From the NCBI RefSeq assembly GCF_009914755.1, contig NC_060928.1: a stretch of 64,000 bases of DNA; one strand, written 5' to 3'. Both the position numbers and the translations under genes were made by a program. The notes beneath the pieces are model-generated. The model saw nothing but the letters and a program-made list of their open reading frames with translations. It searched no databases and was not told the origin of the DNA. Below, in pieces: positions 1-13,178 of this stretch (within the stretch, counting starts at the first letter, position 1; every line of letters starts with the position of its first letter). The stretch comes from the human T2T-CHM13v2.0 reference genome, Homo sapiens.

Positions 1-245
1 TTTTCTATGTTATAAATTAATATTTCAGCCTTAGGTTTTATAGTATAAACCTTTACACTTATTGCCATCTTCCTTAAAGTAATGTTATGACACTTCTGAT
101 ATAAGAAACTGATAGCGCTGTATTTCTATGTCATTTCTTCCGGCTTTTATGCTATTTCTAAAGGAAATACTTCAGAAAGAGGGAAAATATTTTTAAATAG
201 AAATCTAGATTAATTCAAGAAAATGAACAGTATTAGATATGATAA

Positions 246-694
246 TGTGAATTCCCAAAATTTGAGAGAGGTATCAGTTAATTTAGAAAGTGTATTTTGC
301 CAAGGTTGAGGATGTGTGCCCATGACACAGCCTCAGGAGGTCCTGATGACATGTGCCCAAGGTGATCAGAGCATAGTTTGGTTCTAATTATTTTAGGGAA
401 ACATCAGACCTCAATCAACATATCTAAGATGAACATTAGTTTGGTTTGGAAAGGTGGGACAACTCAAAGTGGAGAGGGGGCTTCCAGGTCGTAGGTAGAT
501 ACAAGACAAATGGTTGAATTATTTGAAGTTCCTGATTAGCCTTTCCAAAGGAGGCAATCAGATACGAATTTATTTCACTGAACAGAAGGATAACTTTGAA
601 TAGAATGGGAGGCCGGTTTGCTCTAAACAGTTCCAAGCTTCACTTTTCCCTTTAGTTTAGTGATTTTGGGGGCCCAATATAATTTTCTTTCACA
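246..694 (-). mobile_element. MER4A-type ERV1 LTR (3' LTR of a minus-strand MER4 element)
   Basis: Reverse complement begins TGTGAAAGAAAATTATATTGGGCCCCCAAAATCACTAAACTAAAGGGAAAAG, matching the recalled MER4A/MER4A1 start. TG...CA termini are present. Confidence 0.85.
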
Positions 695-714
695 CTTCCC
701 CCCCTTTCCTTTTT
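695..714 (-). other. Polypurine tract of the MER4 element
   Basis: cttccccccctttccttttt directly abuts the LTR. On the minus strand it is a purine run immediately upstream of the 3' LTR. Confidence 0.8.
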
Positions 715-3700
715 AAAATCTTTTGGATAAAGCATTTTAGAAGAAAATGAGTCTCTGTTTCCAGGTTTCATCTGAACTCTCATAACTAGGATGTTTTATT
801 CCTAGACAGGTAGGTATTGAGTTATTAGGAAAGCTCATTTTTAGAAGGTTGTGAAGTCTCATGTTCTGCGAAGATAAAATAGGGGGAGGAAGGGAGAAAA
901 ACAACAACAAACAAAATAACAATTCTGGAAAATTGATATAGCCCACATTACTCCAAAGTCCATGCATCAGTAGACAGTATGAAAGTGGTATATGTACGTA
1001 AATAGATTGCCATTACTTTCTTCTGAATTTAGGTTTTCTAGCTTAGTTTGCAGGGCTTTACAAAAGTACAGCTTAGTTTCCAGTAACTCCAAATTAGGAA
1101 AAATGGGAAAAACAAAGTTGAGAACTTGTAGCCAAGAAAAGTTAGAATTCCATCCAAAGTGTAGAAAATAATAAAATTGAAAAACATTCAGCAAGACTAA
1201 GAATCTAACAATAGCCGTACTATAGTTTTTGAAACATAATTTTTCTTTCTCCAGTTACCCATTTTTACTAAAAGCAAATCATGATATGACTGATTTGCTT
1301 TATTGTACTTGGCCTAATATCTTGTATACAGTACAGCAAGAATAATTGTTTTTAACGTGGGCTTTTAAATTGGCTTTGATGGAACTTTGTTCCATAGAAG
1401 GAATCTCAGATAAGAGTTTTTTGAAACCAAGCCAAGCCATAGAATTGTGCAATCAAATATCTATGAGTTGAGTGATCCTTTCGTCTTTAAGTTCCAAGAT
1501 GAACTTGGGGCTCCTGGGCCAGTTAGAAAGTGGCATTCTTTACTTACCACAGGTCAGGAACCCTGTACAGTGAAGGTATGAGGCCAGTTTCCCAAGGGGC
1601 TTTATTGGCTTTATAAGTCAAGTTTTATTACTTAAAGGAAAGACACCATTCTAGTCAAAGCCTTGGTAAAATAACCAGTTTCTCCAATTGTGTCCTGTTG
1701 CAAAATGAAAACAGATTCTTATTGCACTTATGCAAATAACTGTATTGCCATAAGTTAGGAATATTTACAAATAGTTTTCAAATTCTGGAGAAATCAGGTA
1801 GAGAGATAAAACATATGCTCCAAATTTTGTTCATAAGAGTATACCAAATTGTATACTAAACCTGATCAATAGCTCAAAAAAAAGTTTCATTGACTCTGAA
1901 AAAAAAAAACAAAGAATCAGCAACATTTAAAGCAAAAAAAGCCAAAGAGATTACTTTAGTTTTCTAACCATTCAGTTTATGCACTTAACTTCTGTTCTGC
2001 TTGATATTCATGAACATTTCAGCTCTCCTTGAGAGTTCTGAAAGTTTTTTCCTCTATTCTAATGTCACAATTTCCAAAGTTACCAGAAACTTCCATTTTA
2101 GAATACCTGTTAGAGGTCTATAGCTGATAATAAAACCATCTTCTAAGGAGGATCAAAACAGGATAACAATTGTTTGTGGGTAACAAAATGTTTCAGGGCA
2201 GCCACAGTCAAAGACACAATTGACAAGGAAATTTGTTACCTTTGTGGCACACAATAACTTAACATAGCAATTATAATTATTACTGATAACATATACTAAG
2301 TCACATCAGAATTATAGGAGTTTCCCATGATTTTGGATCACATACCAATAACATATTTATATAAATATGGCCTAGAGTAAATCAAGCACCATTTCAAATT
2401 TGAAAATGTTTCCTGTATAATTTTTGTACCAAATAAGCCAAACTATGTAATTTTTTGACTTTAGGGAACATAATATCTTAAAGAGTTAATTAGGTTGGAA
2501 AAATATATAACATATAATCTTATAATTTGATTTTGGAAAATTTGTCAAATATCAAAGGTTTAAAATTCTTGATATAACAAAATAGGATCATTCATTTGAC
2601 CAAAGTGATAAGAAGGATTTCAAAAAAGGCAAAAACCTTCATTCTTGGAGACAGGAGACTAAATATTCCATACAATAAGCCCTAATAAAAACAGCATTAA
2701 GCCAGTTAAATTTGTGTTTGAAAATGTTATAAACAGTCAATAAAATTTTAATCTTGACCACAAGATACAACTTCCATAAGCCTTTTATAACCTTTATAAA
2801 CATTATTAAGGAGTCAGTTAATGCTTCAAGAAAATCTTGTTAATTTGACACAGGGGCCAATATGCTCATCGTGCTTCAGTGTCTTTAACATTCATGATTA
2901 ATTTATACAGTAAATAAACATATTTTATCCTTCAAAATCGGCCCTTACAATTTCATGCACCCACCTCTTCGGTGATAGTCCCTGGGTCTTGAGCTAAAAT
3001 AGCTTTAATTTCTGGCCTTGTGTCTCAGGAATGTGCTAATTTTGATTGGCATCTTCTATAGGGTCTGAAGATGGGAATTTAATTGCTATTAGTGTTTCAA
3101 ATTTAGCAGGATTGGTGTCCTTTTGATCCCAGGTGTCAAAGCCCTGTAGATCATTGTTACAGTACTTTAAAAGCACACGCAGAGGGATACATGGATGTAA
3201 TAACCTTAATTTTTTTAAATATTAATCTCATTTTTTCCTAAGCAAACTAAAACTTAAATAATGATATACAAACTTGATTTTATAGAAATTTTTTTGTTGT
3301 TGTTTATAAATCCTCTTATTGCGACTTACACTGACCGTTCATGATATGCTTGGACTTTCTGGTTTGTCCTGAACATCCCACTTTTTAAAACAACTAGTCA
3401 TTTTACTCTAAGACTAAATTTACCATACAAGAGCCTTTCTTATCTGAAATTATTTCCCTTTAAGCTTTTTTACCAAAAAAAACCCTCTATATTTTTTACA
3501 ACTTTCTTTCTTTTATTTCCTGGTGCCTTTTACCTCATTTTTATACATGACATTTAAATAAGCTTTTAAATAGATAAAAATAGTTCACTTTTTTTTAAGG
3601 ACACAATTTTTTAAAGAGTGTTTTCCTACAAATATACTTTTAAGAGAAAATACACAGATAAAGGCATATGTATTATTTAATTTAATATAACTTTAAATTC

Positions 3701-3815
3701 TAAATTATGATGAGTTTGTCTACAAATATCTATTCTATTATTTTTTCCTAATTATTTTATTTTAGTTGTTTACCTAAATTATTGATAATATCTTTGATTG
3801 TCATTATTTAAAGTT

Positions 3816-4060
3816 ATGGAACCATATTGCACACAATTATAACTGAGATAGTGAAAAAGATTTGACCTCCCTGATTCCATCTGGCTTCTAACCTCCAAGC
3901 TGTCCTTGTTTATTCCTGGGTGTAGGCTGAACTAACTTTGTGAGGAACTTAGTTTATAGTTTAGCTTTGAAACGGAGATGATAACAGTCCTTTCCCAAAA
4001 CGAACCATACTGTTTATGGACTAGACCACCTAAAGCCACAAGGTTAAAGTTATGGTAATG
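3816..4060 (+). mobile_element. LTR8-like 5' fragment embedded in MER4-int
   Basis: ctaacctccaagctgtccttgtttattcctgggtgtaggctgaactaactttgtgaggaacttagtttatagttt matches the recalled LTR8 5' part. Confidence 0.7.
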
Positions 4061-4465
4061 TTGCTAAATTCAAGATGTAGCTATTTTTTATTAAACCAAT
4101 ATAAATGTCTTATTTATTAAAGATTACACAGTGAAGATCTTTCTGTCTTGGGCTAGGTGTATAGTTTTGTAATCCATATGCCAAATTTTGACATGTTACA
4201 GTATTTGGCAGGGATAAGTATCAAACTGCTTGATGGATAATTGCAAACAAAAATGTATGCCGGCAATTCTTAAGACATTTCTAGTATTACTTTACCAATA
4301 ATTTAAAGCTAGCTTATTCATTAAAGATTTTACTTGTTATGTAAATTTGAAAAAGCTTTTGACTAGTCTTTTTTTATGATAAAGTGCTTGATGCAAGCAC
4401 TTTTTTTATTTCTTTTTCTTTAATTACCTGTTAAATCTAGAAGTTATAGGATGTTGCCAATGGTC

Positions 4466-5323
<858 letters not shown>

Positions 5324-6502
5324 AAGCACTTTTATTTTCTTAGCCCATTAATTAGAGTTCTTTTATATATTTTCAGTAGTGAAAAATTGTGTATCCAATA
5401 CATACATACATAGACATATTAGGTATGCCAATAGAAGTACATCTTATAGATTTATAAACACCTTTTGTTTTCCTATCTTAGACTTTCAGATTCACAAGTC
5501 TAGACAGTTGTCAGCTAAATTACATTAAATTTGCATATTAAAGGAAACAGCTCAGGTGAAAATCAAATAGCAAAATTTACATAATAAGATAGAGAGAGAA
5601 AAAGTCTGGTGGTATTAGAGGGAGATTAAAGATGGATGCCAAATCAAACATAAAAGTATAGAAATGTATCATAAGATTGTACAAGGAGACCGATTTTATT
5701 TACATAGGGACTATCCATCTTTTAACTGGGTCTCTGAGCCCTGGTCAGAGCCCACACTGAATCCTGGGTTTCCAAAAAGGAATAATTTTTATGAGATTAG
5801 ACCGCGTGATGCTTTTACAGTGCACTTAACATTTTTTTTAAAACAAAAACATTTCTAAGTGTCTAAACCATATTCTTCTTTAAAAACCTAAGAGTAACCT
5901 CTGTTGCAATAACTATTTTAGGCAAAGAAAAAGGAAACAGTTAACACAGTACAAGTAAGCAGTTTAAGAGCTAAGATGAACTTCTCTGTTTACATTCTTG
6001 GGGTTCCACAAGGAAAAACAGGTTTCTTCCCCAAAGGGAGTCTGGTACCTTTATTTTCTTTAAGGAACCTCAGGCTATTATAAACTATTTTATGTCCCTG
6101 ATTCAGCAGAGGGTGCAAGAGAAAGAAGAGACAGCAGAAGCAAATGAAGAAAACATAATTCAGTCAACTGAGAAGAAAAAAACTGTTGCTCAAAAAAAGA
6201 CAAAGTCCTAGGAGAAAAACAAAAGCAAAAACATGAAGGCCTTTTAAATACAATACACAAACATATGCACACATGCAAACACACATCATGGATATTAGCT
6301 TTTAATTAAGCTGATTTTTTACCACTGAGCTTCCTTAAAAAAAATCTTTTAAAATCTCATTACCATGTTTCACCTAGGACAAATTGCTGCTATTTCAAAA
6401 GTACAGCCATTGCTCTTTCAGTTTGTCCTGGGTTGCAAAAAGGTGGCCTTGTTATGTAAATAAAGTCTGTTAGTAATCAAAAATCTTTCCTCTTTTTTCC
6501 CC

Positions 6503-7050
6503 TTATATATATATCACAATATTCATATATATTTATGTATTATATATGTAAATATATCATATAGTATATATCAAATATTATATGTAATATATTTTTATAT
6601 TTTATATGTAATATATACTTATGATATTTATAATATATAATATATGATATGTTACATATGCATTATGTGTAATATGATATTATATATTATAATATATAAT
6701 ATTTATATATTATAATGTATATTATAATATTTATATATTATTATAATATTTATATATTATAATGTATATTATAATATTTATATATTATTATAATATTTAT
6801 ATATTATTATAATATTTATTTATTATAATATTTATATATTATTATAATATTTATATGTTATAATATATTATAATATTTATATATTATAATATATATTATT
6901 ATAATATTTATATATTATAATATATATTAGTATAATATTTATATGTTATAATATATATTATAATATTTATATATTATAATATATATTATTGTAATATTTA
7001 TATATTATAATACATATTAGTATAATATTTATATATTATAATATATGTTT
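6503..7050. repeat. AT-rich micro/minisatellite (TATAATATTTATATATTA-type units)
   Basis: Directly visible tandem units, almost entirely A/T. Confidence 0.95.
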
Positions 7051-7379
7051 AATTTTAAAATATTCTTAAAGGTAACTTGATTGTTTAATGCAAATATAAC
7101 ATTGTCATTCTAGTCTTACTCCCTTTACTTAGCATACATTTTGTCCTCCATTCAGTTGTATAAACATGCCAAGAATGCTGTCCTTTAGGCTTAGACTGTT
7201 TTTTCTGCCTGTAGATACAGTATCCACACCCCATATGCAAGGACTCACTCCAGTGTTGTGGCTCACCTTTTTGTTTCTAATGTCTCATAATGTCTCAGCC
7301 AGCTTTCATCTCCCCAAAAGACCTTCCCGACTCATATCATTTAATTACCACCCCTATCCATTATTCTTTACTTCCAGTT

Positions 7380-7550
7380 TCCTCATTCTTCCCTTTCACA
7401 ATTTGTAATTCTATATTTATGAAATATTCTCCTCTAATAGTTTTGTAAGTTCCATGAGAGTAGGAAACATGATTATATTGCTTACCATCGTATTTACAGA
7501 ATCTAAACACTGTCTATGATGCAGTCACTGAATAATTCTGGAATGTATGC
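7380..7550 (+). mobile_element. L2 3'-end relic
   Basis: tgtaagttccatgagagtaggaaac...gaataattctggaatg resembles the L2 3' terminus. Confidence 0.55.
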
Positions 7551-8456
7551 AGGATGTACTTAGAATAAATTTTCTTCTAAGTTGTTCTTACAAAAGTCCC
7601 AGAAAGTAATGTTTCAACCTATTGTACATAATACAAAGAGTCATATGAAGTTATTTAGATTCTCTTTATTTTGTCTTGTGTTCTGTCTACAAAATAAGCT
7701 TTAAAAAATAGGCTAATGAATTTTGGTTATAACATATTTTCAGAAACTGAAGAAAAAAGTTAACATATTATTTTTTTAATCCCTTGAGTTTCTTTGAAGT
7801 GACCCTGTCAACATCTCTCAGTTTTTCAGCACTTAAAATTGTTTCTTGGTCTGTTACCAAAGGACCACCACAGGGAATTATACTGGCAGCAGCTTCTTTA
7901 AAAATATATATACAGAACATTTTAAAAATAAGGTGTACTTTGGAGCAAGTCAAATTCCTGTTACTTACAATGAAAAGGCCATCTGCAGATATATCATTAT
8001 TTTTATTTTTAGGGCTGATAATGGGTAAGGTTTGACAATCAACTGAATAGTTAACTTCCACAAGAGGATAACAATGGACTTTGCAACCACTTAGTCTCAA
8101 GTTGGTGTAGTTTTTGAGTCACTGGTTGCAGATGCTCATACACATATGACATGAAACCTGTGTCATAGAAAGAGCTGAATAAAACCTTTAGAAGATATAT
8201 AATGAAAAAGACATTTCTAAATCTATTTTTTATAAAAACTGTGTTTCCTTAGACATTATTTTTACTTATGTAGGTTATAAGTAGACTTTTTACACACACA
8301 CATATACACATGCCCACACACATTATATAAATGTTAAATTTGTATTTCATAAGGCAATTAGCTTTGGAATGGTAACAGCAGACTGTAGAATATCTCGATG
8401 GGGTTTCTCGAGTTCAAATATTAGGCACCTAAGTTAACATATATTTGACAAATACT

Positions 8457-8618
8457 AGCTGGGCATGGTGGTGGGCATCTGTAGTCTCAGCTACTAGGGA
8501 GGCTGTGGTGGGAGGATCACTTGAAACTGGAACTCGGAAGTTTCAGTGAGCTGATATATTGTCACCACTCCAGCCTGGGAAATAGAGCGAGACTCCATCT
8601 CAAAAAAAAAAAAAAAAA
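8457..8618 (+). mobile_element. Alu right monomer (FRAM or 5'-truncated AluJ)
   Basis: gggaggatcacttga...ccagcctggg...gagactccatctc plus poly(A). Possible TSD aaatact. Confidence 0.85.
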
Positions 8619-8703
8619 TACTGACTACTTTAAATGTTACCAGATCATGGCAAATGTAAGAACGTTTATTTCGCATACCATGCACGGCAACAATGAAGAG
8701 ATA

Positions 8704-11672
8704 TTTTATTATTCAGAGTTCTCTAGGGAAACAGAACCAATACAGTATGTATTCATATGTATATATAGAAGGAGATTTATTAAAAGGAATTTGTTCATGC
8801 AATTCTGGATAGAAAAAAAGATTTATTAAAAGGAACTGGTTCATGCAATTCTGGATACTGACAAATCAAAATCTTTAGTGTGGGTTGGCAGGCTCAAGAT
8901 CCAGAAAAGCCAATAATGCAGTTCCAGTCTGAAGCCTGGAGCCCAGGGATCCAGAAAAGCCAATAGTAAAGATGAAGTCCAAAGGCAGTTTTCCGGAGAG
9001 AGATAGATGTATCTAGAAATATATATATATAAAATATATATATATAAATAAAATATATATATAAATATATATATACATTATATATAATATATAATATAAA
9101 TATTATATATTATACATAATATATATATTTATATGACATATATCATATATAATATATATTATATGTAATATAAATATATATTATATATAATATATGTCAT
9201 ATAAATATATATATTTATATGTTTTATATATAAATATGTTTTATATATAAATATATAATATATAAATATATATAAATATATATAATATATGAATATATAT
9301 AAATGTATATAATATATAATATATAAATAAATATATATTATATCTATAATATATATTTATATATTATAGATATAACATATATTTATATATTATATAAATA
9401 TAATATATATTTATACATTATATATTATATATTATACATTATATATTTATATATAATTTATAATGTATAAATATATATTATATAAAATGTATAAAAATAT
9501 ATTATATATAATATATAAATATATATTATATCTATAATAGATTAATATATATTATATCTATAATAGATAAATATATATTATAGATATAATATGAATATAT
9601 ATTATATATAAATATATATAACATATAAATGTACATTATACATGAATATATATAAAATAAATATATATTATATATATATATAATATATAAATATATATAA
9701 TATAAATATATATTATATATAAATATATATAATATATAAATATATATAATATAAAATATATATTATATATAAATATATATTATTTATGAATATATATTAT
9801 ATATAAATATATATTATTTATAATATATATTATTTATAAATATATATTATACATAAATATATATAATATAAATATATATTATACATAAATATATATAATA
9901 TAAATATATATTATACATAAATATATATAATATAAATATATATATAAATATATAATATAAATATATAATATATATAAATATATATTATATATATTTATAT
10001 ATTATATATATTACATATAAATATATATTATATATAAATATATATGATATAAATATATATTATATATAAATATATATGATATAACTATATATTATATATA
10101 AATATATATGATATAACTATATATTATATATAAATATATATGATATAACTATATATTATATATAAATATATATGATATAACTATATATTATATATAAATA
10201 TATATGATATAACTATATATTATATATAAGTATATATGATATAAATATACATTATATATAAATATATATGATATAACTATATATTATATATAAATATATA
10301 TTATATAAATATATATTATATATAAATTTATGTGATATAAATTTATATTATATATAAATATATATGATATAAATATATATTATATATAAATATATATGAT
10401 ATAAATATATATTATATATAAATATATATGATATAAATATATATTATATATAATATATATGATATAAATATATATTTATATATAATATATATATACACCA
10501 TAAATATATATTATATATAAATATATATACTATAAATATATATTATATATAAATATATATACTATAAATATATATTATATATAAATATATATACTATAAA
10601 TATATATTATATATAAATATATAGTATATATAAATATATATAATATAAATATATATGATATATAAGTATATATATAATATAAATATATGATATATAAATA
10701 TATATATAATATAAATGTATAGGATATAAATATATATATAATATAAATAGATAGGATATAAAAATATATATATAATATAAATATATAGGATATATAAATA
10801 TATATATAATATAAATATATAGGATATATAAATATATATATAATATAAATATATAGGATATATAAATATATATATAATATAAATATATAGGATATATAAA
10901 TATATATATAATATAAATATAGGATATATAAATATATATATAATATAAATATATGATATATAAATATATATATATAAATATATAATATAAATATATATAG
11001 TATGTAATATATATAATATAAATATATATTATATATATAATATATATTATATATATATAATATATATATATTATATATAATATATAATATAAATATATAT
11101 AATATAAATATATATTATATATAAATATATATAATATAAATATATAATATAAATATATATTATATATATTTATATATAATGTATATAATATATAATATAT
11201 ATAAATATGTATTATATATAAATATATATAATATAAATAAATATATATAATAAGTATAATTATATAATATATAAATATAAAATATATATAATTATATAAT
11301 ATATAAATATATAATAAATATAATTATATATATATAAATATATAATATATATAATTATATATGATATATAAATATATAATACGTATATAATTATATAATA
11401 TATATAAATGTATAATATATAAATATATATATATAAATACATACACACACACACACTCACACGTATAATTGCTGCAGGTAATGTCAGTCTTTTTGCTCCA
11501 TTTCTTCAATTGATTTAATGAAGCCTACCCACGTTATGAAGGACAATTTGCTTTGCCTAAAATGTTAATCCCATCCAAAACACCCTAGCAAAAACACCTA
11601 GAGTAATGTTTGACCAAATTCCTGGGCACTCCCCGGCCAAATCAGGTTGACAACTTAAAATTAACCATCACA
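8704..11672 (-). mobile_element. MLT2B-type ERVL LTR split by a giant TA-rich repeat
   Basis: Left part has gttctctagggaaacagaaccaata. Right part ends gttgacaacttaaaattaaccatcaca, the reverse complement of the MLT2 start TGTGATGGTTAATTTT. Confidence 0.85.
9000..11462. repeat. ~2.45-kb (TA)n-derived AT-rich minisatellite with 32-34-bp higher-order units, ending in (CA)n
   Basis: Directly visible, e.g. the repeated 32-mer ATATAACTATATATTATATATAAATATATATG around 10080-10290. Confidence 0.97.
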
Positions 11673-11904
11673 GAGGTCATGGGTTTAGAAATTAAAAAAA
11701 AATCAATAAAACAGAGTTGAATGAGCATACATGGAATGTAATATTAGAAAGAATTAATAGTACTCCAGCATAAAGTTTATACCTGAAACAATAGAGTGAC
11801 GTTGAATAATTCTTAACTGCAAAGGTGTAAGTTGAAAAACATTGTGTTACCCTTATAAAATCCAAACTGGAAGTTGCCACTGATAATTGCAATAATTGCA
11901 AAAT

Positions 11905-12140
11905 CTGGACATAGCCTAACTGGGTAGCAAACCCAGACTTCCCACTGTTAGTGAAGTGATTTGGAGCAAGTTGAACAGCTGTTCTGTGCCTCTGTTCCTC
12001 ATTTGTAAGAAGGGAATAATAGCACTTCATAAGGTCTCTGTAAAAGATTAAACTACTTAAGCTTGAAATAAGCTTAAAACATATTTAGCACATAGTAAAC
12101 CTTTGATAAATAGTCATAGTTCTATTGTTATTATTATTAC
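11905..12140 (+). mobile_element. MIR
   Basis: MIR core gcaagttgaac...ctgtgcctctgttcctcatttgtaagaagggaataatagcac. Confidence 0.75.
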
Positions 12141-12838
12141 ATTCTTTAGTAGTACCTATCTCTCCTAATCTCCTGTACTTATCATCTGCACTTATTACCT
12201 CAAAGTAGAATTCTTCAGATGGTATTAAAAGTATTTTTACTGTTAAAAACCAAACCAAACCAAACAGAAAACTTTGTGTACTGCAGTGAGGCAGAGTTGT
12301 TTCTATCGTGGACTTCACAGATCTGAAATTGCTTCTGAGAGACACTGAGCTTTGACCTATGAATCAAAGTATGAAGTCAGCCTGTTTATTCAGTCTTTTG
12401 TCTGAATGACATGAAAGGATCAATCAGCTAGAGAAGTAATTAAAGCTGAGTTTCTTTCTGTATATTTACCTAGAGGCAAAATCAATGAGCATCCCCAGTT
12501 AATAATAAAAAGTGATAAATAAATAAATAATCACATACATTTTCAAAAGACACTGTGTCTCAGCCTTGAGGTAGTTGTCAGTCAATTGGTGAAAGTCTGA
12601 TTCTGGCTCTTGAAATTTTTGAAGCGTATCTTTAATGCCCATTGTATAATGCAGCTTATTTCATTTTCTTTTGAACGAATAAATGACTGCCTTTTTGTCC
12701 CAATATTATTAGTGTAAAAAATGTTTTCAGAAGGGCAAGGAGACCAGAGCTTATCAAACTTATAAAACAAAATATCCCAGAATGTTACCATTAAAAAAGC
12801 CTCATTACCATGCCAGCAATGTAAATAAATCTACTTTC

Positions 12839-12842
12839 TTTC

Positions 12843-12879
<37 letters not shown>

Positions 12880-13178
12880 TCTGAGACAGAGTCTCGCTCT
12901 GTTGCCCAGGCTGGAATGCAGTGGCACAATCTCTGGTCACTGCAACCTCTACCTCCTGGGCTCAAGTGATTCTCCTGCTTCTGCCTTCATCTTCCTGAGT
13001 AGCTGGGATTCCAGGTGTCCGCCACCACGCCTGGCTAATTTTTGTATTTTTTCAGTAGATACCGGGTTTCACCATGTTGGCCAGGCTGGTCTTGAACTCC
13101 TGACCTCAGGTGATCCTCCTGCCTTGGTCTCCCAAAATGGTGGGATTACAGGCGTGAGACACCACACCAGGCCTGGAC
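12839..13178 (-). mobile_element. AluS (Sx-like)
   Basis: Full dimer with cctgacctcaggtgatcc. TSD tctactttc at 12830-12838 and 13179-13187. Confidence 0.93.

Noticed and set aside
7768-8100. Overlapping ORFs of 60-110 aa in unique sequence
   Set aside because: No recognisable domain or exon structure. Lengths are compatible with chance.
8898-8965. Repeat gatccagaaaagccaata twice in the MLT2 LTR
   Set aside because: An internal duplication at this position is, as I recall, part of the MLT2B consensus.
9325-9590. Sequence resemblance to the FRA16B repeat unit
   Set aside because: Similarity between two-letter low-complexity sequences does not show homology or locus identity.
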